Shown: one piece after another, positions 8,890-17,095 of the stretch
How the letters are laid out: the number at the start of each line of letters is the position of its first letter
How positions within the stretch are numbered: position 1 is the stretch's first letter
DNA from: an uncultured Gammaproteobacteria bacterium
GTDB taxonomy: Bacteria > Patescibacteriota > Patescibacteriia > Magasanikbacterales > UBA922
DNA length: 64,000 nt
Assembly (NCBI GenBank): GCA_964345045.1
Contig: CAYFPM010000001.1
Coordinates: 375,632 to 439,631, forward strand
Direction of reading: 5' to 3'
The notes under the pieces: generated by a model
The model's input: the letters and a program-made list of their open reading frames with translations, nothing else
Database searches by the model: none
What the model was told of the DNA's origin: nothing
Translations under genes and position numbers: made by a program

Positions 8890-9646
8890 GCACAATTCAA
8901 TTCAAACAGAAATCTTGCAAAAGATAAAAACAGGCGAAGCCAAAATGCGTCCCAAGTGGCATTTTGTATTGAAAGGGATTTTGTTTTTGTCTGGCATTAT
9001 TACTATTAGTTTGTTCTTGTTATATATCTCTAGCCTGATGTTGTTTGCTATGCGTCAGAGTGGAATTTGGTTTGTGCCAAGTCATAGTTGGTATGCGATC
9101 AAGCTTTATTTGTTTTCCATACCTTGGCTTTTGGTTTTGCTTAGTTTGGTATTTTTAATAGTCTTGGAAATTTTGGTAAGGCATTATAAATTTGCTTATA
9201 GAAAACCAATTCTTTTAAGTCTTTTTATAATTTTGATACTGGTTGTTTTTGGCAGTTTGTTTATAAGTAAGATTGGATTACATCAAAAATATTTTAATGC
9301 TATCAACCAAAAAAGTTTTGGTATAACCAAAGATGTTTATTGTAAATATGGTGCAAAAACAGGTAAGGGGGTGCATCCTGGCAAAGTATTATCTATAGAT
9401 GGTTCGGATTTTGTTTTGGTCAATCTGAATCGAGAAAATATTTTGGTACACACAAACAAGCGAACTAGAATACCAAAATTCGAAACTATTTCGGTAGGGG
9501 ATAATCTTTTGGTAATGGGAGAAAACAAACAAGGTGAAATTGTGGCCGTAGGTATAAGAAAAATACCCAAAGATATTTTTGTTTGGCACAAATTTGCTAC
9601 CTCTTCGGCAAAAAGAAATCCGCATCCTTGTTTGCCACGTAGATAA
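8876..9646 (+). CDS. membrane protein, putative anti-sigma factor (positional inference)
   Basis: Overlaps the sigma-factor stop; short cytoplasmic N-terminus followed by several TM helices; no conserved anti-sigma motif recognised. Confidence 0.35.
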   Translation: MEKNKHNSIQTEILQKIKTGEAKMRPKWHFVLKGILFLSGIITISLFLLYISSLMLFAMRQSGIWFVPSHSWYAIKLYLFSIPWLLVLLSLVFLIVLEILVRHYKFAYRKPILLSLFIILILVVFGSLFISKIGLHQKYFNAINQKSFGITKDVYCKYGAKTGKGVHPGKVLSIDGSDFVLVNLNRENILVHTNKRTRIPKFETISVGDNLLVMGENKQGEIVAVGIRKIPKDIFVWHKFATSSAKRNPHPCLPRR

Positions 9647-9678
9647 ATGAAATATTTTATTATTATCTTTGTAGTAAC

Positions 9679-9734
9679 AAATAGAGCCTGGGGCGGCTGT
9701 GTGCCCAAATCACTTTGGGTTCCCAGGCTCTATT
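9679..9734. repeat. perfect 14-bp inverted repeat with nested hairpin (strong stem-loop)
   Basis: aaatagagcctggg ... cccaggctctattt with an internal gcccaaa/tttgggtt hairpin; lies between the membrane-protein gene and the Spy-like gene. Confidence 0.5.
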
Positions 9735-9882
9735 TCGTTCAAGACTTGTGCATTTGAACAGTATGAAATAAAAATCACAACCGACTGTAGTAATAAGTGA
9801 AGCTTCTAAAGTTTTTTACTTGGCCAGTAAAAATTTGAACGAAATTGAACAGCTTTTATTTATAAGAATTAAATTGAAAAAT

Positions 9883-10347
9883 ATGAAAAATAAAAAAATG
9901 GTTATGGCTGTAGTACCAGCTATGGCAGTAGCGCTATTGGTGGGGGCTGGCACAGCTTCGGCACATGGTATGTTTGGCGGAGGAGAAGATCTTACTCCAG
10001 AGCAAAGAGCAGAAAAAGCTAGTCTAATGTTTGAAAGAAAAGCAGAAATGCTGGGGCTAGATGTGAATGTGGTAAAAGAGGCTTGGGCCGAAGGAAAGAA
10101 TTTTCGAGAATTGGCCGAAGAGCAGGGTATAGATATGGCAGAGCTAAAAGAGAAAATGCAGGCCGAACGAAAGGCTAGACAGCAAGAAAGATTGCAAAAT
10201 TTGGTCGAAGCCGGGGTAATTACCCAAGAGCAAGCCAATTTGCGTTTGGAAAGAATGCAAGAAAAAATGACAGAGAGAGCAGAAAATGGAGATGATTTTG
10301 CAGGCAAAAGAGGAGGAAGGGGTATGCACAAAGGATTCAAATTTTAA
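9883..10347 (+). CDS. periplasmic LTXXQ-motif protein (Spy/CpxP-like envelope-stress chaperone family)
   Basis: Signal peptide MKNKKMVMAVVPAMAVALLVGAGTASA; two LTxxQ-like motifs (LTPEQRAEK, ITQEQANLRLERMQEK); helical, K/E-rich. Start moved to 9883 from the track's 9820. Confidence 0.5.
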   Translation: MKNKKMVMAVVPAMAVALLVGAGTASAHGMFGGGEDLTPEQRAEKASLMFERKAEMLGLDVNVVKEAWAEGKNFRELAEEQGIDMAELKEKMQAERKARQQERLQNLVEAGVITQEQANLRLERMQEKMTERAENGDDFAGKRGGRGMHKGFKF

Positions 10348-10367
10348 ACAATTTAGCAGATAAAAAA

Positions 10368-10392
10368 ATCCGGCCGAATAGGTCGGGTTTTT
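10368..10392 (+). terminator. rho-independent terminator
   Basis: ccggccgaataggtcggg hairpin followed by TTTTTTG. Confidence 0.5.
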
Positions 10393-10447
10393 TGTTTGAC
10401 ACAAAACTACTCTAAGGCTACGATATACAATGAATTGAATTTAATTC

Positions 10448-11845
10448 TTGAAAAATATGAGCAATAGAACTATAGGACTAGAATTTGAATTTTTGGCAAT
10501 AAATCCAAACACTGGTTTGGCTATTAATAGAAATCAAATCAAAGCTATTTGGAAAGACTGGGCAGAAAAAGAAAATATAGAGCTGTACAAAGACAAGGGT
10601 ACGGGGGAGCCGGTAGGAGTAATCTACAAACTAGAAGATGGTAGAGAATTTACCATTAATACCGATGGGGGAGTTTGCTTGGTAGAATTTAGCTTTGCTC
10701 CGTTTGCCAACCTACACAAATGCAAAGAAGTACTAGACAAAGTAGTGGCTGAATTTTTGGAAATTGGTAAAAAACATGATGTTGCTCTTATATCTCATGG
10801 AGTACAGCCAAAAACACCGTGGTACTACCCAGATCTCAAAACCGAAAAAACTTGGTACCGTAGTTTTGCCAAAATGCCATACTTTCAACTATGGCACGAC
10901 CAGTTTCACAATATCGCAGCTCACCAAGCCTGTATCGGTATGGAATACAAAGAGATTATTCCAGTTATAAATGCTATGAATGCTTTGGGCGGAGCCACAG
11001 TAGCACTCTTTGCCAATAGCTCTATTCAAGAATACGAAGTAAGTGATTACCACGAAGAAAGGGAGTTTCGTTGGGAAAGATTGGTGGAAGGTTACGAAGA
11101 AATAATTCAAAATATCCAGGGCATTCCCAAAAAGCCGTTTACCTCTTTTCGGGATTATCTAGAGTACAACTGGAGTGTATATTTGCCAGCAGCTTTTCGA
11201 GGGGCAGACTTGCACAATTTTAAACAAAGAAAAACTATTAAAGAATTTTTGTTTGGCGCCGATCAGACAAGTTTCAATATTACCCAAACCAAACCAGACA
11301 AAATCACTCCAAACATTACCGACGCCAACATGCTAAACATGTATATTTGGATTCAAGCTAGACCAAAATTATTTTTTGACAAAAGCTTAGAGCTTACAGA
11401 TTTGCTAAAAGCTTTTGAAGAAAACAAAATTGATGAATTTGCCAGTGCAGAGGGAGCAATTGACAATTTGTATGCCGAAAACAGAAACATTGCGTCTCAG
11501 CCCTGGGAAGACAGGTTGGCTGGGGCGGCCTACTGCCTAGGGATTATGGAAAATATAGAAAAGGTAGAAGAGCTGGTAAAAGAAAAAACTTGGGAAGAGT
11601 GGCGAGCTTTGCGCCTAGAAACAATGAAATCTAGTATGGAAGTGGATGAAGCTGTAGAGGTGATTGAAAAACTTTTGCCACTGGCAAAAGAGGGATTAGA
11701 AAAAAGAGGATTGGGTGAAGAAGTTTACCTGGAGCCACTTTTTGAAAGATTAGAAAAAAAAGAATCGCCGGCAATGCGAGCGATTCAAGATTTTGAAGAT
11801 AAAGGATTGGATGATTTTATAGAGTCTAGGATTATAAAGGTTTAG
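10448..11845 (+). CDS. carboxylate-amine ligase / glutamate-cysteine ligase family-2-like protein (tentative)
   Basis: N-terminal IGLEFEF motif typical of GCS2/YbdK-type ligases; 465 aa; no other motif confidently recognised. Confidence 0.35.
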   Translation: MKNMSNRTIGLEFEFLAINPNTGLAINRNQIKAIWKDWAEKENIELYKDKGTGEPVGVIYKLEDGREFTINTDGGVCLVEFSFAPFANLHKCKEVLDKVVAEFLEIGKKHDVALISHGVQPKTPWYYPDLKTEKTWYRSFAKMPYFQLWHDQFHNIAAHQACIGMEYKEIIPVINAMNALGGATVALFANSSIQEYEVSDYHEEREFRWERLVEGYEEIIQNIQGIPKKPFTSFRDYLEYNWSVYLPAAFRGADLHNFKQRKTIKEFLFGADQTSFNITQTKPDKITPNITDANMLNMYIWIQARPKLFFDKSLELTDLLKAFEENKIDEFASAEGAIDNLYAENRNIASQPWEDRLAGAAYCLGIMENIEKVEELVKEKTWEEWRALRLETMKSSMEVDEAVEVIEKLLPLAKEGLEKRGLGEEVYLEPLFERLEKKESPAMRAIQDFEDKGLDDFIESRIIKV

Positions 11846-11847
11846 TT

Positions 11848-12630
11848 TTATTTATCTACTTCTTGCATTTGTCTAATCTGTTTGAGTAGTATTTTTTTTG
11901 GCAAAAATGGAACTATAGCCATTAAAATTTTTTGCCCAAAACTAATTCCTGAAACAACATCTAGCTTGCCATCTAGCATACCTTGGTATCCATCTAGAGC
12001 AACACTCTTGGCAGAAACTGTATTGGCAAAAAGTGAAGTTTTGTCCATACCAGAAGTTTTGGCGAATTCTGTTTCTGTAGCTCCTGGCATAAGATTGGTT
12101 ATTGTAATATTGGTATCGTGTAATTCTTCTGCAATTGCATTGGAAAAAGATTGTACATAAGCTTTTGTAGCATAATATACTGCTTGCAAAGGTCCTGGAA
12201 AAAAACTAGCTGTAGAACTTACATTTAAAATTTTTCCAGAATTTTTTGATACAAAATCAGGTAAGAATAATCTACAAAGATGAGTTAATGTAGTTATGTT
12301 AAGTTCGATCATTTGTTCATCTTTTTTCCAATCTCTTTCGTAAAATTTTCCTCTACCTCCAAAACCGGCATTGTTGATTAGATAATCAATTTCAATGTTT
12401 TCTTTTTTGATTTCATCATAAATTTCTTGAGGAGAATTTTTAACTGTAAGATCTTTGGCAATTATTTTAACAGAAACATTATATAATTTTTCTAATTCAT
12501 TTTTTAATTCCTTTAGGAGATCTTCTCGTCTGGCAACAATAACCAAATCACCTCCTTGTTTGGCATGGATTTTGGCTAGTTCTCTGCCTATTCCAGAGCT
12601 GGCTCCAGTAATAAGAGCTGTTTTTTTCAT
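11848..12630 (-). CDS. short-chain dehydrogenase/reductase (SDR) family oxidoreductase
   Basis: TGASSGIGRELA Rossmann motif, NNAG motif and a YxxxK catalytic pair (YYATK). Confidence 0.85.
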   Translation of the reverse strand: MKKTALITGASSGIGRELAKIHAKQGGDLVIVARREDLLKELKNELEKLYNVSVKIIAKDLTVKNSPQEIYDEIKKENIEIDYLINNAGFGGRGKFYERDWKKDEQMIELNITTLTHLCRLFLPDFVSKNSGKILNVSSTASFFPGPLQAVYYATKAYVQSFSNAIAEELHDTNITITNLMPGATETEFAKTSGMDKTSLFANTVSAKSVALDGYQGMLDGKLDVVSGISFGQKILMAIVPFLPKKILLKQIRQMQEVDK

Positions 12631-12831
12631 AGTGTTTTAGTTTGACAAGTTAGGGATTACTTTACATTAAAATAAAGATTAGAACAATGGAGCGCAGCGT
12701 TCCTTTTTGTTTATTTTTTCAAATTACTTTTTACAACAACTTGCACTACTTGACAGTTTGCCTGCTTTCATGATAATCTGCAATGTCCCTTGGACCGTGC
12801 CTTAATATAGAGGTGCGCATGGAGGTACAAA

Positions 12832-13353
12832 TTGATGAAAAAAATCATGGTGAAGGCCTTCGCCATGGCGGCCTTGACCTTGGCTATATACTTCGCCTTC
12901 GCATGGTACTTCGGTACTGTGGAGTCCCTAAGTGTGCACTCCCTCGGGAGGCGTTACTTCGAGGGGGTCTCCACCTCCATCGTGGTATTCTGCGGCTTTG
13001 TGTTTATCTTCTTTCTAGACGATTTCAACACATTTGCCGCCTGGGTAATTGCTGTTTTTACTCCCTTTGGGAGCGTCTGTTCCTGGTTCCTGTTCAGAGT
13101 ATCAGACGAAATGCCCTTAGGTCCCTTAGGAGGTTTCCTCTTTCTTCCGAGTTTCTCCCTTCTCCTAGTCGGGATTTTATCCGATTACGTCGTTAGAAAG
13201 GAGAAGGATGATCAGTACATATCCTTCATGCTTTTGTCTGACAAGGGCTATGTGCTGAAAGAGGTGTCGTATAGGAAGGTGTTCCTCGTCTACCTCGTCG
13301 AGGTGGCGAGCATCTCGATTCCCATATTCCTCCACCTGAGAAGTCTTAGGTAG
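12832..13353 (+). CDS. GC-rich hypothetical 4-TM membrane protein (foreign-looking cassette gene)
   Basis: GGAGG 7 nt upstream of ATG; GC about 50%; hairpin gagtgcttttttt after the stop (~13425-13450); TTGACAAGT at 12651. Confidence 0.45.
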   Translation: MMKKIMVKAFAMAALTLAIYFAFAWYFGTVESLSVHSLGRRYFEGVSTSIVVFCGFVFIFFLDDFNTFAAWVIAVFTPFGSVCSWFLFRVSDEMPLGPLGGFLFLPSFSLLLVGILSDYVVRKEKDDQYISFMLLSDKGYVLKEVSYRKVFLVYLVEVASISIPIFLHLRSLR

Positions 13354-13594
13354 GATCTACAAGGAGAGCCCACTCGTGTTTGAACGTACCATTCATCGTC
13401 AGACACGGGCGGGCAGACACATTCACTCTATGGAGTGCTTTTTTTATTATAAAAAATATTCTATCACGTTCCAGAATATGCGATGTTTGCTGGTGATATA
13501 ATAGCGAACGAAGTGAGCCAACACCAGCAAATATGGGTGGAGCGACCAACGGGAGCGAAACTGCATATTCTGTGTTATACGCTGTGATTATGTT

Positions 13595-14173
13595 TCAACC
13601 TCTATATAAAGATATTCCCCAAATCAAAAATGGAATCCACATTGATATTAAGAGAAACTGTTTGATGAGAAAATATTCAGTTTCGCGGCGTTTCAAACAT
13701 AAATAAATAATTGCAATAAATGGTAATAATATACCTAGCTCAATTAACAAATTTCGATATAGATAATAATTTTGCCAATCGAGCTTACCTGCGCTTGGCA
13801 ATACTCCAAAGGGAAGGGTTAATTTGCCACTATAAAATGGCCATAGATACGCTTTTGGGAAAACTCCTACCAGTAAATCCAGAAAAAGGTGTGAGAAAGA
13901 AGCAGTAAAAAGTTGAAAGCTTTTATTTAATAAATTTCTGTTTTTTTTGTATTTAAGGAATAATACACTTAGAATTGGCAAAATTAGTACAAATCCAATT
14001 GAGTGAGAATGTTTAAGTATTGTCTGAGAACCTAATATCCACAATGCAATATAATTTATATCAGGGGAAAATGCTAAAAACATTAGCCATACTGACCATT
14101 TCCAAGAATTGCTCTTTTTAGAAAGCCGCGAAACAGATAGACCTATAATGCTATGGCCGATAAATGATGACAT
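13595..14173 (-). CDS. membrane-bound metal-dependent hydrolase (DUF457/YdjM-like)
   Basis: IGHSIIG and HSHSIGF motifs with multiple TM helices. The track ORF extends to 14254 through a GC-rich leader; the MSSFIGHS start is preferred. Confidence 0.55.
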   Translation of the reverse strand: MSSFIGHSIIGLSVSRLSKKSNSWKWSVWLMFLAFSPDINYIALWILGSQTILKHSHSIGFVLILPILSVLFLKYKKNRNLLNKSFQLFTASFSHLFLDLLVGVFPKAYLWPFYSGKLTLPFGVLPSAGKLDWQNYYLYRNLLIELGILLPFIAIIYLCLKRRETEYFLIKQFLLISMWIPFLIWGISLYRG

Positions 14174-14448
14174 AATTTTTTGATAAGCACGGCGGACGAC
14201 TGGCGGGCACCGCCGCCCATTGATTGCAATGGAGCGAAGCGACATTGCGGTCAACGTTCGCGTGTATCAGAAGTGCCGCCCCTCATCATCGCACAAAACT
14301 TTGATTTATCACAGACTCTGTTGAATGCCCCAGGCTTTGGTTTCAGCTAGCGGCATTTGGGAGAGGGGAAAAGAAGTACCTTTAAAATCAATAAACAAAT
14401 TTCTTTTTCCCGAACCTGCTATACGCTGTTAGTCGATGTTGGGTTGAT

Positions 14449-14955
14449 TTATTCTATAGCATGCAATATGACTTCACTGATACGGATGTAATTAATTTCT
14501 CCCTCATCATTCTGACTGTACATTATTATTGTATCATCTTCTGAAACCCCCACTTTATCGGGGTTAAATTTTTGTATTTTTTTGACAATATCATTATCAG
14601 GAGAAAAATCAAATTTCCCAGAATCTTTTATTCTCTGTAAGCGTTTTAATACTTGGTCTCGAGTTTCGTTTCCACAACAGCTCGTTGCCTCCAAGTAATA
14701 ATCCACGTTGTCAGCCAAAAAACTAGATATAGTTTCAAAGTTCTTTTCCTTTTGACCGAGACTTTCCTCAAACATTTGAGCCGTCTCAATTATGATGTTG
14801 TTAACTTGTGTAGCTTGAGTCTTAGTTAGATGTGCAACATTCGCGACATTTGTTTTTTCTCCATTATCTAAGTTAAAAAAATACAAAATACTACCTATTG
14901 CTATAATTATCACAATAACTACAATACCCGTTACTAATTTTACTATACTGTTCAT
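14449..14955 (-). CDS. hypothetical protein with N-terminal TM anchor
   Basis: 168 aa, single N-terminal helix then soluble domain; no recognised motif. Confidence 0.4.
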   Translation of the reverse strand: MNSIVKLVTGIVVIVIIIAIGSILYFFNLDNGEKTNVANVAHLTKTQATQVNNIIIETAQMFEESLGQKEKNFETISSFLADNVDYYLEATSCCGNETRDQVLKRLQRIKDSGKFDFSPDNDIVKKIQKFNPDKVGVSEDDTIIMYSQNDEGEINYIRISEVILHAIE

Positions 14956-15107
14956 ATATCTAAGTGATTAAAGAATAAATCAGCCTAATTTCGCCTAACG
15001 TTTCGGTATATCTGATGTTTTGCGGAACGCAGTGGAGCAAAACTAGAGATTATGCGGAATCAGTTTGCAAAAGATAACATTATGGTATATTATGCAGAAA
15101 ATTATAC

Positions 15108-15932
15108 TTGATATGTATTATGAAATCTCTAAATGATATTGTAACCCGAGAAATGGAATTAGGCAATTATAGTCAAAAAACAATCAAAACCTATCTTGGG
15201 ATATACCAAGACCTATACAAAAATTTGGGCAAACCCCCAAGAGAAGCAAGTATGGATGAACTAAAAGATTATATCCATCAAAAAACAAAGAAAAATTTAT
15301 CTTCACAAACTATAGCTTTGTATGCCAATGCCATAAATTTTTTGTATATCTCGGTATATAAGAAAAAATCATACGAAAAATTTAAAATGCCTAAAAAGAC
15401 GAAGAAATTACCAGTAGTTTTGAGTAAAAAAGAAATCGAAACAATTGCAGCTCAAACCAAAAATTCAAAACACAAGCTAATGATTTTGTTGGCCTATGCT
15501 GCCGGACTCAGGGTAAGTGAAGTTACCAATTTGCGTGCAAAAGATATAGAATGCGACGAAGCACTGCTTACAATTCGTCAGGGAAAAGGCAAAAAAGATC
15601 GAGTTACAGTATTAAGTAATAAATTAATTGAAGAATTAAGAAGTTTAACTATAAAAAAGAATTCAGATGATTATTTGTTTGAAAGTGAGAGAGGGGGTAA
15701 ACTTACAAATGCAACCCCGCAAAAAGTATTTCAAAAATGTTTGACTAGTGCGCAAATAAAAAAGTCGGCCACCTTTCATAGTCTGCGTCATAGTTTTGCT
15801 ACGCACTTACTAGAAAACGGTGTAGATGTTCGATATGTCCAAGAACTACTCGGTCATGCCAATATTCGTACTACTCAGATATATACCAAAGTAACCAACC
15901 CAGCCATAAAAAATATCCAAAGTCCCTTATGA
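15108..15932 (+). CDS. tyrosine site-specific recombinase (XerC/XerD-like integrase family)
   Basis: C-terminal HSLRHSFATHLLENGVDVRYVQELLGHANIRTTQIYTKV (R...HxxR...Y catalytic signature); N-terminal SAM-like core-binding domain; 4-nt overlap with mnmA. Confidence 0.8.
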   Translation: MICIMKSLNDIVTREMELGNYSQKTIKTYLGIYQDLYKNLGKPPREASMDELKDYIHQKTKKNLSSQTIALYANAINFLYISVYKKKSYEKFKMPKKTKKLPVVLSKKEIETIAAQTKNSKHKLMILLAYAAGLRVSEVTNLRAKDIECDEALLTIRQGKGKKDRVTVLSNKLIEELRSLTIKKNSDDYLFESERGGKLTNATPQKVFQKCLTSAQIKKSATFHSLRHSFATHLLENGVDVRYVQELLGHANIRTTQIYTKVTNPAIKNIQSPL

Positions 15933-17062
15933 TTTTCTCAAAAGCTAAAAATAAAAAAACTAAAGTTTTAGTAGGTATGAGCGGTGGGGTAGATTCTTCT
16001 CTAGCTGCGGCTCTTTTGGTTAAACAAGGATATGACGTAACCGGAGCTTTTATGAAGCAGTGGAGCGATACCAAAGATGTTTCGGGACTCTGTACTTGGA
16101 AACAAGATAGACGAGATGCTATGCGGGTAGCAGCCAAACTTGGGATTCCTTTAATTACCTTAGACTTTGAAAAAGAATATAAAGACTGGGTAATGACCTA
16201 CATGTTTGACGAATACCAGGCAGGGAGAACCCCAAATCCAGATGTGCTTTGTAATAAGTATATTAAGTTTGGCGTGTGGCTGGATAAAGCTAAGGAATTG
16301 GGGTTTGATTATCTAGCTACTGGTCATTATGCTCGCGTGAAAGCGAAAAGCGAAAAGCGAAAAGCGGAAAGTAGTCTATCAGCTGTTAACTTTCAGCTGT
16401 TAGCCGGAGTTGATAATAACAAAGACCAAACTTATTTTCTTCACCAAATTACCCAAGAACAGTTGGCTCATACACTATTCCCAATTGGAAAATACAAAAA
16501 AAGTAAAGTAAGAAAACTAGCCAAGAAGTTTGATTTGCCTACTGCAGATAGGGAAGAGAGTATGGGGATTTGTTTTGTAGGCGAGATGCCGATGAAAGAT
16601 TTTCTACTTCAAAAGATTAAGCCAAATCCAGGCAAGATTGTAAATTCAAAAGGTGAAGTGCTAGGTGAGCACGATGGCCTGCCATTTTATACGATTGGAC
16701 AAAGGAATATTGGGATAGAAGGAACAAAAAGCAAGGAACAAGATACAAAACCTTTGTATGTAGTCGCCAAAAATTTTGATAAGAACGAATTGGTGGTGGG
16801 AGAAGAAAATGATCCTCTTTTGTACAGTAAAAAAGCCGAGGTGGCAGAGGTGAATTGGGTGTCTGGACTAGAGCCTGACTTTCCGTTAGAATGTGAAGTA
16901 AGATTGCGACACAGACAGGCTTTACAAAAAGCCAAAATCATAAATCATAAATCTAAAATCATAATTGAGTTTAGAGAACCTCAAAAAGCAGTCACTCCTG
17001 GGCAGTTTGCAGTTTTTTATAAGGATAATGAGTGTTTGGGTGGGGGAGTTGTAAGACAATAA
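15929..17062 (+). CDS. mnmA: tRNA-specific 2-thiouridylase MnmA
   Basis: VLVGMSGGVDSS PP-loop; DYLATGHYAR; catalytic Cys residues; conserved C-terminal VTPGQFAVFY...CLGGG. Confidence 0.9.
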   Translation: MIFSKAKNKKTKVLVGMSGGVDSSLAAALLVKQGYDVTGAFMKQWSDTKDVSGLCTWKQDRRDAMRVAAKLGIPLITLDFEKEYKDWVMTYMFDEYQAGRTPNPDVLCNKYIKFGVWLDKAKELGFDYLATGHYARVKAKSEKRKAESSLSAVNFQLLAGVDNNKDQTYFLHQITQEQLAHTLFPIGKYKKSKVRKLAKKFDLPTADREESMGICFVGEMPMKDFLLQKIKPNPGKIVNSKGEVLGEHDGLPFYTIGQRNIGIEGTKSKEQDTKPLYVVAKNFDKNELVVGEENDPLLYSKKAEVAEVNWVSGLEPDFPLECEVRLRHRQALQKAKIINHKSKIIIEFREPQKAVTPGQFAVFYKDNECLGGGVVRQ

Positions 17063-17095
17063 ACAGTGGTACATTAAACAATTAAGAACCTATTT

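Noticed and set aside
9816-10340. 174-aa minus-strand ORF
   Set aside because: Exactly antisense to the Spy/CpxP-like gene (9883..10347). Low-complexity Ser/Ala/Cys-rich translation typical of an antisense artefact.
13346-13549. 67-aa minus ORF and gctggtgatataat...caccagc hairpin
   Set aside because: ORF has no SD or motif; the hairpin is likely part of the GC-rich mosaic region rather than a gene.
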